Positions 18,376-29,050 of a stretch of 64,000 bases of DNA are shown piece by piece. The notes below the pieces were generated by a model. The model was not told the DNA's origin, made no database searches, and saw only the letters and a list, made by a program, of their open reading frames with translations. This DNA comes from Spirochaetaceae bacterium (lineage in GTDB: Bacteria > Spirochaetota > Spirochaetia > DSM-2461). Numbering within the stretch: position 1 is the stretch's first letter; every line of letters begins with the position of its first letter. The DNA lies in contig OZ245056.1 in the NCBI GenBank assembly GCA_965224705.1, forward strand, positions 2,912,001 through 2,976,000, given 5' to 3'. Position numbers and translations under genes: made by a program.

Positions 18376-20142
18376 ATGAAGAAACGCTTGTCCCAGGGTA
18401 TCTCTGATTTCAAGGAATTCATCGACGAAAACTGCTATTTTGTCGATAAAACCCATCTCATCAAGTATCTTATCGACAATCCCAGCAAAGTACACCTGAT
18501 TACCCGCCCCCGGCGTTTCGGCAAAACCCTGAATCTGAGCATGATCCGCTATTTCTTTGAGGCTCCCTGTCCGGGGAGTTCCGAACCCGCCAACAGCTAC
18601 CTCTTCGAGACTATGTCCATAAGCGAGCATCCCCGGTGTTTCCAGTACCAGGGGCAGTATCCGGTGATACATTTAAGTTTCAAGGATGCCAAGGGGGCTT
18701 CGTTTGATGAATGTATGGATCCTGTTCGGAAGATGATCTCATCGGAGTATCGACGGCATGAATATTTACAGAATTGCGGTATTCTGCGTGGTTCCGAACA
18801 GGAATTGTTCGACAGAATAGTCGATAAAACCGGCACCGTTCAAGATTATCCCCAATCCATTGAGTATCTCTCATCCTGGTTAAAGCGAGCCTACGGCAAA
18901 CCAGCTTACATTCTGCTGGACGAGTACGACACTCCCATGATGGCCGCCTACCTTGGGGGGTATTACAGCCAGATGACATCCTTCATCCGCAGCTTCATGG
19001 TGCAGAGCTTCAAAGACAACCCCAACCTGAAGCAGGGGGTGGTCATCGGCATACTCAAGGCGGCCCAGGAGAGCATCTTCAGCGACTTTAACAATCCGGC
19101 GGTGTCCACCATCCTGGACCCGGATATGGAGGACTGTTTTGGATTCACCGATAGCGAAGTGGTGCAAATGGCATCGTATTACGGCCTGAAAGACAGAATG
19201 GAGGAGATACGGCAGTGGTACAACGGCTATGTTTTCGGCAGCGACACCGTTATCTACAACCCCTGGAGCATTGTCAGTTTTCTTAACAAGCCTGCAGCGG
19301 GTCTACGCCCCTACTGGGTAAACACCAGCGACAACAGGCTGGTGCGGGAGGCCCTGCAGTTGGAAAGAAACGAATCCATCGAAATTGTCTCCCGCCTGCT
19401 GGGGGGAAGGGAGGTGAGAAAAGAGGTCTACCACCACATCGTCTACCCGGAGATAGCGAAAAGCCCTGACGCGGTGTGGAGTTTTCTTCTCCACGGCGGC
19501 TATCTGAAGGCCACCGACCGGCAGCAGCATGAATACGGCCAGGATTATCGTCTGTCGATTCCGAACAAAGAAGTGCATTATGTTTATAACAAGATCATCA
19601 AATCCTGGCTGGATGACGAGTTTCAGGCCAGGGAAGATTTTTTAGCCTTCATCCGGGGGGTGAGGGAGATAAATCCCCGCCTGATTGAGCTTAGCCTGGC
19701 TGCGATGCTGCGGGTGCTGGCCAGCTTTCACGACATGGCCCCCACCGGGCGGCCGAAGTCGGATAAGAAGGATAAGAAAAGCGGAGAGATGTTCTACCAC
19801 GGCCTTCTTCTGGGGCTTCTGGCCTATCTTGGCGGAGAGTACATGGTGGACAGCAACCGGGAATACGGCACTGGCCGGGCGGACATAGTGCTGGCCAAGC
19901 GCGCCGCCCGGGGGTGTAGCTGGAGCGATGAGGCCCTGCTCTTTGAACTGAAGCAGGAGGACAGCGGCGGCGAAACTCCGCTAAAACAACTGGCCGCCGA
20001 TGCCTTAAGTCAGGCCATGGAAAAGTACACGGCTGGTGCAATGGCCAGGTGGCAGCCCAAACGCTCGCTGGTGCTGGGGGTGGGTTTTCGCGGGAAGGAT
20101 CTGGCACTGGTCTACGAAAGCCTGCCGCATGCTGAGCGTTAA
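18376..20142 (+). CDS. AAA-ATPase-like protein with a C-terminal PD-(D/E)XK nuclease domain
   Basis: YFVDKT, RPRRFGKT, LDEYDTP, WYNGY, YNPWS, YWVNT; EMFYHG...SNRE.G.GRADI...FELK. Confidence 0.9.
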   Translation: MKKRLSQGISDFKEFIDENCYFVDKTHLIKYLIDNPSKVHLITRPRRFGKTLNLSMIRYFFEAPCPGSSEPANSYLFETMSISEHPRCFQYQGQYPVIHLSFKDAKGASFDECMDPVRKMISSEYRRHEYLQNCGILRGSEQELFDRIVDKTGTVQDYPQSIEYLSSWLKRAYGKPAYILLDEYDTPMMAAYLGGYYSQMTSFIRSFMVQSFKDNPNLKQGVVIGILKAAQESIFSDFNNPAVSTILDPDMEDCFGFTDSEVVQMASYYGLKDRMEEIRQWYNGYVFGSDTVIYNPWSIVSFLNKPAAGLRPYWVNTSDNRLVREALQLERNESIEIVSRLLGGREVRKEVYHHIVYPEIAKSPDAVWSFLLHGGYLKATDRQQHEYGQDYRLSIPNKEVHYVYNKIIKSWLDDEFQAREDFLAFIRGVREINPRLIELSLAAMLRVLASFHDMAPTGRPKSDKKDKKSGEMFYHGLLLGLLAYLGGEYMVDSNREYGTGRADIVLAKRAARGCSWSDEALLFELKQEDSGGETPLKQLAADALSQAMEKYTAGAMARWQPKRSLVLGVGFRGKDLALVYESLPHAER

Positions 20143-20199
20143 GGGATGGTGTTCCTCATCGTTCATCTGTGTAATCAGGTACAGGGCGGACCGGGGACT

Positions 20200-20328
20200 T
20201 TTCCTATGCTTTTTATTGAGCCATGCTACACTCAACATTATGAAGAAACGCTTGTCTCAGGGTATCTCTGAATTCAGGAAATTCATCGGCGAAAACTGCT
20301 ATTTTGTCGATAAAACCCCCATCTCATC
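20200..20328 (+). repeat. Direct repeat of the leader and first ~29 codons of the AAA-nuclease gene (paralogue stub)
   Basis: Matches about 18335-18462. Confidence 0.85.
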
Positions 20329-20485
20329 GTAGGGATTACAAGAGTGGGTTGTGGGGTTCACCAAGTAGGTATAACCTGGTTCCACGCTCCCTGGGGGATT
20401 GGTTGAAAAAGGATGGGGCCATCCTCGAGGGCTTCAAGAAATACCTTGAGGAAAGGGCATTGGATGTCCTCGGTTGAGAGCCCGG

Positions 20486-21469
20486 TTATGGCTGTCTGTT
20501 GAGAACAGCATCGATATCGGACATCTGGGACTCTGTCAGCGGGCCGAACTCCAAAGCGCCGGTTAAGTCCTCCACCTGCGATACATTCCGGAACCCAGGA
20601 ATAGGAATTGTTTGGGTGCTTCGCGCCCAGAGCCATGCGATGGCCCCCTGCGCCACGGTGCGGCCCCTGCTCCTTAGGATATCCTGGACCGCTTCCGCCT
20701 TCTCCAACCACTCGGGGGCTGGACGACCGTCACTGAAAAATCGCATCCACTGCGGCGCCTTCTTTCCGCGGACATCAGAATCCGCTGGGCGGGAGGCGGC
20801 GCTATACTTTCCTGTCAGCAACCCCATAGCCAGCGGCCCCCTGTTGATGCTGGCAATCCCGTGCCGCTCAACAAGGGAAATCATCTCGGCGTTATCACTA
20901 ATGACATTGATCTCATGCTGTATAGCCCCGCAATGTCCGCCCTGGGCAAAGATCTCCGCCCGATCGACATCGTCAGTGCTCCAGGCGTAGGCGCGGATTT
21001 TTCCTTCTCTCACCAGAGCTTCCAGAGTATCCCGTACCTCCACGGCTTTTTCCGTATCGTATTCATTGATGTGAAACTGATACAGATCAACGTAATCCGT
21101 CTGAAGACGCCGCAGGGATGCTTCGCAGGCTTGGCGGATGTATGCCGGCTCCGCGCTTGATCCCGTTATTTGCCGACTTGTTTCATTGAAGCAGTTCCCA
21201 AACTTGGTGGCAATAACTACCTTGTCACGTAGAGATTTTAGTTCCCTTCCCAGGACACGCTCACTATGTCCGGCGCCGTAGACGTCGGCTGTGTCAAAGA
21301 ATGTAATGCCCGCATCCAACCCCTTGCGTATGGCCCGGGCAGATTCCGCATCATCGACTTCTCCCCAGCCGCATGGTATCTCATTGTCCCAGAAGGGTCC
21401 GCCAATAGCCCAGCACCCCAACCCCATTGCGCTGATGCTTATATCCGATTTTCCTAATGTCCGTTTCAT
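20486..21469 (-). CDS. Aldo/keto reductase
   Basis: GLGCWAIGG, FDTADVYG.GHSE, ATKFG, SLRRLQTDYVDLYQ.H and PIPG motifs. Confidence 0.95.
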   Translation of the reverse strand: MKRTLGKSDISISAMGLGCWAIGGPFWDNEIPCGWGEVDDAESARAIRKGLDAGITFFDTADVYGAGHSERVLGRELKSLRDKVVIATKFGNCFNETSRQITGSSAEPAYIRQACEASLRRLQTDYVDLYQFHINEYDTEKAVEVRDTLEALVREGKIRAYAWSTDDVDRAEIFAQGGHCGAIQHEINVISDNAEMISLVERHGIASINRGPLAMGLLTGKYSAASRPADSDVRGKKAPQWMRFFSDGRPAPEWLEKAEAVQDILRSRGRTVAQGAIAWLWARSTQTIPIPGFRNVSQVEDLTGALEFGPLTESQMSDIDAVLNRQP

Positions 21470-22031
21470 AAAAACTATTATACCACATTCGGCAATAAGC
21501 TTCTACCTTAGGGCTTGCTGAACAAGTCTTTCAGGCAGCCTTCCTACTGATTTTTCACGGTTCAGCATAATGACTGAAAGATGTATTTTACACGCACTTT
21601 TTTCTTTCAAGGGACCTCTAAGAAATCCCTCCGTGGATTTTTCAGAGGTGTAAAAAACCTGACTAAATCCGGCTTTTTTAGTGCCGTATGCGGGCCAAAG
21701 ACGAGTTCTGACACAGCCCCTATAGAAGACCATTTATCAGCTCATCTCAATGAATCTCCTCTCTTACCCTGTATCGCGAGCGTTTCTCGATATGTGCTGA
21801 TTATCTCCAGGATGTTACTCGGATACGTTGCACGAAACCCAAATGCGGACACGACTACTTCCGGCCGTTTTCCTGCAAGGGCTTTTACCTATGCCCGTCC
21901 TGCAGCCGAAAAGACACTCCTCTCCGGATGGTTATTGCTCATCAAACGTTTGGGGGCAGGTATGGTGGAATCCGCACTTTCACCCATCGTGCTGGAAGGA
22001 GGATTTGATAACGAGAGGACATTCTTTTATG

Positions 22032-22790
22032 TCAGCGGATGCGTTCCCAGTTCTTCAGGTCAAAGAGATTGTCAGTTACATAATAGTACTCTTCTATGAT
22101 GTATTCCTGTGAGTGCTGCAGCATCCGGGTTTCCCAATGCCTGGTAGTGTAGCAGGGCAAGGTCCTACCATCAATTACTGCATCAAAATCCTTTAGATCT
22201 TCTCCATAGACCAGGCTCATGGTGTCCCCATTGCTCATAAATTGGTTTGATACCTGTAGGGGGCCTTCGCTGTCAAAATCCTTCATCATTAGAAGAACAT
22301 TCAATCTATTTCTGGTCCCGCTGTTAATATTGAGTTTTGAGGCCTCTTCCAGAGACTGATAAGGCACATCAAAGGCGTTGGGATAATAATGATTCCCATG
22401 GTCTGAAACCAGAATTATTCTGCTGTTATCATATACTTCAGCCTCCTTCATCCAGTCCATAAAATCCGCCACATAATTAAGCGCCCAATAGGCACTGTAG
22501 TAGGCATTCAGACCTCCTGTTTCTGTAGGATGTGACGGGTCCGGTACCCCGCTGGTCAGCACTTTTCCTTCTTTATCAATGGCAAAGGGAGAATGGGTTA
22601 TTTCACTTATAAAAAATTTGAAGGTTGCGCTTTGACTTTGATTATTGGCCAGTAGAGGCATGGACCGCAGAAAAGATACTTTCTTAATCGTTTGGGTGTA
22701 ATTGGATTGCTCAATGGTGAACCAGGTACCCTTGTTATACACCGGTGCCTTGAAGGCGTAGGGAAGCACTCTGAACAGAGAAATAGCTGT
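22032..22790 (-). pseudogene. 5'-truncated alkaline-phosphatase/sulfatase-like domain, as found at the C-terminus of large spirochaetal membrane proteins
   Basis: THSP, VYDNSRIILVSDHG and LLMMKDF motifs; no credible start; abuts the yefM promoter. Confidence 0.6.
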
Positions 22791-22809
22791 CAATAACCCT
22801 CTTCGTAAC

Positions 22810-22842
22810 TTGACAAAAACGTACAGAATACTGTACGTTTTT
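22810..22842 (+). promoter_or_regulatory. yefM-yoeB promoter with autoregulatory palindrome
   Basis: TTGACA at 22810; perfect 12-bp inverted arms aaaaacgtacag-aata-ctgtacgttttt (TGTAC core). Confidence 0.8.
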
Positions 22843-22857
22843 AAGAGGAGGTTTACC

Positions 22858-23112
22858 ATGGATGCTGTAAACTATTCAGATCTTCGTCAGAATCTAAAAA
22901 AATATCTCGATTCTGTATATAGGGATCATGAACCTTTGATTGTTACCAGAAAGAACAATGAAAATGTTGTGATTCTGTCTGTAGATGATTATAATTCACT
23001 AAACGAGACACAATACCTTATGTCCTCTAAAGCCAATGTGGAACATCTTCAAAAATCGTTAGCACAACTGCGTGAAGGAAAAGGGGAAGAGAAAGAGTTA
23101 ATCGAATCATGA
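22858..23112 (+). CDS. yefM: YefM/Axe antitoxin
   Basis: NYSDLRQNLK..LD.V..DHEP.IVTR...VVILS.DDYNSL.ET.YL. Confidence 0.92.
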   Translation: MDAVNYSDLRQNLKKYLDSVYRDHEPLIVTRKNNENVVILSVDDYNSLNETQYLMSSKANVEHLQKSLAQLREGKGEEKELIES

Positions 23113-23366
23113 GAAAACTTGTTTTTTCAAATGAATCGTGGAGTGACTATTTATATTGGCAAAAAACCGATAAGAAAAATTTTGAAAGAATTAATTCATT
23201 GATAAAAGAGATTGAACGAAAACCCTCTGAAGGGATAGGAAAACCTGAACCGTTAGAACATCAATTGCAGGGGTGTTGGTCAAGAAGAATAAACAAGGAA
23301 CATCGCCTGGTATATGAAATAACTGATTCAGCAATATGGATTATTTCCTGCAGATTCCACTATTGA
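23109..23366 (+). CDS. yoeB: YoeB/Txe toxin
   Basis: DYLYWQ..DKK, GIGKPEPL, WSRRI..EHRLVY, CRFHY; ATGA overlap with yefM. Confidence 0.95.
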   Translation: MRKLVFSNESWSDYLYWQKTDKKNFERINSLIKEIERKPSEGIGKPEPLEHQLQGCWSRRINKEHRLVYEITDSAIWIISCRFHY

Positions 23367-24289
23367 AAAAGTCATTCAGATTAAAACTATTTCATTAGTA
23401 AGGTCATTAAGATGAAAAAAATTTTCCTAATTTCTCTCTATATGAATATATACTGGAGAAATGTAAACCTCCAGGAACTATTGATGGTGATTTCAGCTAT
23501 TCCCTCGACTTCATCGCCAGGCTTACTCAACACATCCTGTCGAAGGGTCTTCAGTGTATCCGACGATACGGTTTGTATGCATCGCGCACAAAGGGGCGGT
23601 GGGAGGAATACCCTTTTCCCGGTAAATTATACCGCCTTCATCCTTAGATTGTAAGGGAAGATGCCGTGTCAATTCACCGTCTTGCAAGCCCAACTTCCTT
23701 AAGTTCTTATCCCGGATTACCGTTTGATTCTGTGTCGGAAGTTAACTTTTCCTATTACTAACCTTATTAGTTATATGGCAAGACTATGTATGCAGAAAAA
23801 TATAGAGATCATCTAAACACCGATGAGCATAAGGCCTATAAACATCTTAAAAAAACTTGATTCCGGGGATCCGGAGATTCAACATCAGAAGACAGCCTCA
23901 AAGAAGGACAGGAGGCGATCCATTATTTGTGGGCAACTATGTTGATCGGCAAATAAGAAAGGGTCAGATCATGTCCGGGAGACCATTCAATTTATCAGGT
24001 GTCCCAGCGCAATGATGAGCCGGAGGCAATCTATCGGTAGGGGTATTGAAGCCAGGAAAGGCAGCCCGGAAACCCACGCAGAGTATGCAGGACTTAAGCG
24101 GTAGATTGGGGCCAAAGGTTCCGGTTAAGGCGAATGTTCCAGATCAAGCTACCCCTGAGTAAGGAGGAAAGAAAAACCTGGCTTCGTCAGTGGCGCAATC
24201 CGGGGGTAAATACAGGCCGACATTTGTTCAGGTACATCCGGACATAAATGGGGTAGACATTACACAATCTTTTGATCACTATCAGATGC

Positions 24290-25621
24290 ATGAGTAATAT
24301 TTTTATTGGAGACCATGAATACTTCCCTGGGATTTGTGAAATTGCCTATGAGGGCCCGAAATCGGATAACCCCCTTGCATTTAAGTTCTATAACGCCGAT
24401 TGCCTGGTGGCAGGCAAATCCATGCGGGAGCATTTGCGCTTTTCCATCGCGTACTGGCACTCCTTCTGTGCCGACGGCACAGATCCTTTTGGTAGTGCTA
24501 CAATAGTTCATCCCTGGTGGGATAAGGATCCACTTACTGCGGCACGTAAAAAGCTGGATGCGGCCTTTGAATTTATTACCAAGATTGGAGCTCCTTTTTA
24601 TGCCTTTCATGATGTGGATATGGCCCCTCCCGGTGCCAATCAGGTTGAATTTGAGAAAAATCTTATCGCCATGACCAGAATTGCCAAAGAACGGCAGGAC
24701 GCAACCGGAGTCAGGCTGCTATGGGGTACATCTAACATCTTTACCCACCCTCGCTACATGAATGGTGCTGCCAGCAACCCGGATTTTGCTGTTCTTGGCC
24801 ATGCGGCGCATCAGGTAAAAGCTGCTCTGGATGCTACCATCAGTCTTGGCGGTGCAGGCTATACTTTCTGGGGTGGTCGAGAAGGGTATATGACTCTCTG
24901 GAATACGGACATGAAGCGGGAGCAGGATCATATTGCTACATTCCTTATTATGGCAAGAGATTATGCCCGGAGTGCCGGCTTTAAAGGAACCTTTTATATC
25001 GAACCCAAGGCCATGGAACCGGCCAAACATCAGTACGATTTTGATGCTGCTGCGGTGATTGGATTTTTACGTCGTTACGGTCTGGAGCAGGATTTTAAGT
25101 GCAATATTGAAGCTAATCACGCTACCCTGGCGGGACATGATTTTGTTCACGAACTACGGGTGTGCCGGGATGCTGGGTTACTGGGCAGTATTGATGCCAA
25201 CCGCGGCGATCTTATGAATGGATGGGATACTGATGAGTTTCCTACCGATGTCTATCAGACTACCATGGCCATGTTGGAAGTACTTTCCATGGGTGGTTTT
25301 AGCTCTGGGGGGCTTAATTTTGATGCCAAACGCCGCCGGAACTCCACGGATGTGCGGGATTTGTTTTATGCCCACATTGCCGGTATGGATGCCTTTGCCT
25401 TAGGGCTTACTGCTGCCCAGCGCATTATGGAAGATGGCAAACTTGCTAAAATGCGCAAAATCCGCTATGAAAGTTGGGATTGTGCTGAGGCGGCCAGATT
25501 TGAATCCGGTAAGATGACTTTGCCGGAATTGGCAAAACTGGGGGAAAAAGGTGAACCAGATATTGTCAGTGGTAAGCAGGAATACATTGAAGGTTTGATT
25601 AACGGTTATCTTTTTGGATGA
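24290..25621 (+). CDS. xylA: Xylose isomerase (class II)
   Basis: [45 protein letters not shown] and GGLNFDAK motifs. Confidence 0.97.
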   Translation: MSNIFIGDHEYFPGICEIAYEGPKSDNPLAFKFYNADCLVAGKSMREHLRFSIAYWHSFCADGTDPFGSATIVHPWWDKDPLTAARKKLDAAFEFITKIGAPFYAFHDVDMAPPGANQVEFEKNLIAMTRIAKERQDATGVRLLWGTSNIFTHPRYMNGAASNPDFAVLGHAAHQVKAALDATISLGGAGYTFWGGREGYMTLWNTDMKREQDHIATFLIMARDYARSAGFKGTFYIEPKAMEPAKHQYDFDAAAVIGFLRRYGLEQDFKCNIEANHATLAGHDFVHELRVCRDAGLLGSIDANRGDLMNGWDTDEFPTDVYQTTMAMLEVLSMGGFSSGGLNFDAKRRRNSTDVRDLFYAHIAGMDAFALGLTAAQRIMEDGKLAKMRKIRYESWDCAEAARFESGKMTLPELAKLGEKGEPDIVSGKQEYIEGLINGYLFG

Positions 25622-25674
25622 TTTTTTATTGGATGCGGCAGAAATAAATAAAAAACTACAAGAAATAATATTGA

Positions 25675-26175
25675 CCTGAATCCGTATTCCACTCCCCAAA
25701 AAGTTAAACCACCAGATCTCTGCCCAGAGATTTCATGGGTATAGCCCAAGCATTGCCATACCAGAAGCAAGTCTCCTGCTTGCTTCTTCCGAGCCGCCTT
25801 CGTTCGCTTTTGCCGCCTTGTATCGGAAAAAAATCATCAAAAATCGCATCGAAGCCTTAAAGTCCGACAGACTCCTTGATATAGGTGTTTTTTTAAGGTG
25901 CCCAATGTATGATCTTTGGCATTTCTGCTTATCCGCTCCATATAGAGCCGCAGGGTTTCCCGAGCATATACATATTTTAACGAGAGCTTTTTGAGAAAAA
26001 TGAGCAGTTCCGAAGAAGATTGAGCTTTTATTTTTTATGTTGTGTCTCGAAGAATGTGGAAGCGTATTATTCTGCTCTAAAATCCTCTCAAAAGTGGGAA
26101 AAACCTGCGATTTAGTGCCGATTTTAGGAAATTCCACATTTTTCGAGACACGATGTATTTTTATACGGATTCAGG
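25675..26175. mobile_element. 501-bp non-autonomous IS1380-like derivative with a 5-bp target duplication, containing a partial hairpin MITE
   Basis: Ends cctgaatccgtat / atacggattcagg; flanked by attga on both sides; 25763-25876 resembles the MITE at 48474-48764. Confidence 0.8.
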
Positions 26176-26273
26176 ATTGACTATACAATGATGTTCGCAT
26201 ATAGTCATTAAAAAGATGACTTCGGTCAAATATTACAATTAAAAGGAGAATTGTATGAAATAGATGTATTTAA

Positions 26274-26695
26274 CCCCTATTTCTCACCAGCATAAAACGG
26301 CATAAAAAATCCTGGAAAATTTCTGTTCTCTCCGGCAATATATCAAGCAAAAAGTCTCCAGTTAACTGATCCGTGTTATTTTCGTGTTATTTCCGTCCAA
26401 AGCAAGTCGGTTTTTTCTGATTTTTTTTCATTTTTTCAACCCTCGGCGCACAACTTTCCCAGGGAATCCAGATGAGAACTATCAACTGTTTTTATTACCG
26501 CTCATATGGCCCGGGATATTCGTATCCAGATGTCCCACCAGGGAAAACTCTCCGGCAAACTGATCCAGATTCGGCGAACCGTAATCTTTACAGCGGCCGA
26601 AACTTTAAGCATCCTTAATCGGATTGTAGAGGACATGCTTCGGGTTTCATCAACGCTGACCTGCTGAATTATTCTTCGAAGATGGACAAAGAAAA
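26274..26695 (-). mobile_element. IS1380 right-end remnant
   Basis: Reverse complement of about 57270-57679, including the IR cccctatttctcacca. Confidence 0.9.
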
Positions 26696-26697
26696 GA

Positions 26698-28002
26698 GGC
26701 TCTTCAGACTGTTGTGTGGAATCCATAAAAGTGTAAAGCTGTCACCATGGAAGAAACAGTAGAAGATTTTTACAAATATTTATTGAAGATAGACGGCCCC
26801 TGGAAAGTACTGACAATCACGCGCAAAGACGAAACAGAAGAAGTAATCGTCGAAGTCGGCATCAACAGCAAAGAGGGTCTTCAATGTCCGGTTTGCGGGA
26901 TCAAAGCGAAACGCTATGATTTTCGAATTCGTCGCTGGAGACATCTGGATTCATGTGAGTACCATACCTTGATTGAGGCAAAAGTCCCAGGAGTGGAATG
27001 TACGGAACATGGCATCAAACAAGTGAAAGTTCCATGGGCTGAGGACAGGTCTCGATTCACGGCAAAATTTGAGTCCCGGATTATAGAGTGGCTGGAGGAG
27101 GCATCGATTTCCAAAGTGGCCAGACGTTTTGAATTGAGCTGGGACGAGGTGGACGGCATACAATGCAGAGCCGTGAAAAGAGGGCTTGCAAGACGAAAAA
27201 AAGTCAATGTGAGAGACATGGGAATTGATGAGACTTCGTTTCAAAAACGGCATGAATATGTCACGGTCCTTCTGGACAAAGAGAAGGACTGTGTTATGGA
27301 TATTCTTGATGACAGAAAGGCATCAACATTGAATAAGTGGTTTATTGAACAAGAAATATTTGATCTAGAAACCGTAAGAAGTATTTCCATGGATATGTGG
27401 GAGCCTTTCATCAGTGCGGTGAAAAAGTACTTCGCCAATGGAGCCGAAATAATCGCTTTCGACAGGTTTCATGTCTCAATGCATCTGGGCAAAGCCCTTG
27501 ACAGGGTACGATTACAGGAGAATAGGCAATTAATGAATGAAGGCATCCGCACACTGATTCGCTCAAAACATCAATGGCTGAGAAGTTCTTCAAAAACCGA
27601 CAATAGAAGCTCCCGGCGGAAAGATTTTATGGCACTGACAAAGATGAATCTTAAGACGGCAAGAGCCTGGCGAATTAAAGAAGCCGCTTCACTTCTCTGG
27701 GATTATACATATATGGGAGTTGCTGAAAAACAATGGAAAAAACTGCTGTATTGGATGAGCCATTCCAGACTGAAGCCCATCATTGCGGTTTATAAAACTA
27801 TTAAGAAGAATTTGTGGGGTATTCTTAATGCGATTCGTTTAAAAGCGAATAACAGCATGGTGGAAGCCAAAAATGCGCGTATTCAGAGAATCAAAAAAAT
27901 AGCTTGTGGATATCGCAATAAAGAGCGGTTCAAAACTGCCATTCTCTTCCATTTGGGAGGACTGGATTTGATGCCTTGTTCCACATGATACCCGGAAGAG
28001 CC
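26698..28002 (+). mobile_element. ISL3-family insertion sequence
   Basis: GGCTCTTC...tgtgga terminal IRs; no matching target duplication. Confidence 0.9.
26747..27988 (+). CDS. ISL3 transposase
   Basis: CPVCG Zn finger, GIDETS, SMDMW, FDRFHV, E..N..I..IK..A.GYRN. Confidence 0.95.
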   Translation: MEETVEDFYKYLLKIDGPWKVLTITRKDETEEVIVEVGINSKEGLQCPVCGIKAKRYDFRIRRWRHLDSCEYHTLIEAKVPGVECTEHGIKQVKVPWAEDRSRFTAKFESRIIEWLEEASISKVARRFELSWDEVDGIQCRAVKRGLARRKKVNVRDMGIDETSFQKRHEYVTVLLDKEKDCVMDILDDRKASTLNKWFIEQEIFDLETVRSISMDMWEPFISAVKKYFANGAEIIAFDRFHVSMHLGKALDRVRLQENRQLMNEGIRTLIRSKHQWLRSSSKTDNRSSRRKDFMALTKMNLKTARAWRIKEAASLLWDYTYMGVAEKQWKKLLYWMSHSRLKPIIAVYKTIKKNLWGILNAIRLKANNSMVEAKNARIQRIKKIACGYRNKERFKTAILFHLGGLDLMPCST

Positions 28003-28336
28003 AAAAAAATCATCCACCCTGCACCAGCAATTCAGAAATATCCCTCAGTCCAGATTAAAATCTATGAGTAAAACGACTTGGCGGGTGTATAAAGAATATA
28101 ATCAGACTACTCAAAAGCAAGGTTGATCTGCCCGGAAGAATCGGCTCCTGCTTCACCGATACCCGCCGCAAGCCTCAGATCCCCTTTGAGAAGATCGTTA
28201 AAGGATTGGGGGTTCATTCTATCATAAAAAGCCGTGATGCAGGCTTTAGATGAGAAGAAGATGCATCTCTGCTGGATTAAGGGGGATCTCCAGAACATGT
28301 TTGCAATCGAATCCCCATAGAGATAGAATGGGAGCG

Positions 28337-29050
28337 ATGAAAACCTGGGTCAGAATAGCCCATCGCGGCGGCAGGTCGGATTTCCCGGAAAACACCATTG
28401 CGGCAATCAATGCATCACTCAGACTCGGCGCCGATCTTGTCGAGATTGATATCCGCGGCAGTCGTGACAATGTTCCTGTTGTTGTACATGACGAAACTCT
28501 TCATCGTCTGTTCGGGTTGAATCGAAGAATTGACGAGATGGATGCCCTTGACCTGTTTGCACTGCGGCATGAAAGCGGAAGTCCGCCGGATTCACATCGA
28601 GTATTCAGTTTTGAAGAAACACTGGCGGCTCTGGATGCTCCGAAACTGCTTCTCCATATCAAAGAACCTTCGGATGGGTTGGAGGAAACGATTGAGATTC
28701 TGATGGACGGTACGACAGATATGAGCGGTATTGTTTTCGGGGCGGTTACTCTGGATGCCTATTCGGTTATTCGATCCGCCAATCCCGACTGGGCTATACT
28801 TGGATTTGTCCCGAAACCGGAAGACATCCCGGGATTTATCCGGGCCGGTGTGGACATCGTTCGTCTCTGGGACGAATGGGTGACACCGGAACTTATTGAG
28901 GGCATTCACCGGGAGGGGGCGGCTGTCTGGGTGATGGTTGGCAGACCCTTTGACGGGGAAGTGGGAGAGACCACTCCTGCAAGGATCGCACAGCTCTGGG
29001 AAATGGAGATTGACGGAATCCTGATCAACGATATCCGATTGCTTCCCTAA
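28337..29050 (+). CDS. Glycerophosphodiester phosphodiesterase family protein
   Basis: IAHRGG...PENT, EIDI, VVVHD and DGILIND motifs. Confidence 0.85.
   Translation: MKTWVRIAHRGGRSDFPENTIAAINASLRLGADLVEIDIRGSRDNVPVVVHDETLHRLFGLNRRIDEMDALDLFALRHESGSPPDSHRVFSFEETLAALDAPKLLLHIKEPSDGLEETIEILMDGTTDMSGIVFGAVTLDAYSVIRSANPDWAILGFVPKPEDIPGFIRAGVDIVRLWDEWVTPELIEGIHREGAAVWVMVGRPFDGEVGETTPARIAQLWEMEIDGILINDIRLLP

Noticed and set aside
21510..22030. 172-aa ORF 21581-22099 and IS-end-like motifs (e.g. gagttctgacacagcccc)
   Set aside because: No recognisable domain and no paired ends; probably debris.
23960..24260. Possible group II intron or structured RNA upstream of xylA
   Set aside because: No GTGCG start, domain V or reverse transcriptase ORF was found; it looks more like decayed IS sequence and could not be assigned.
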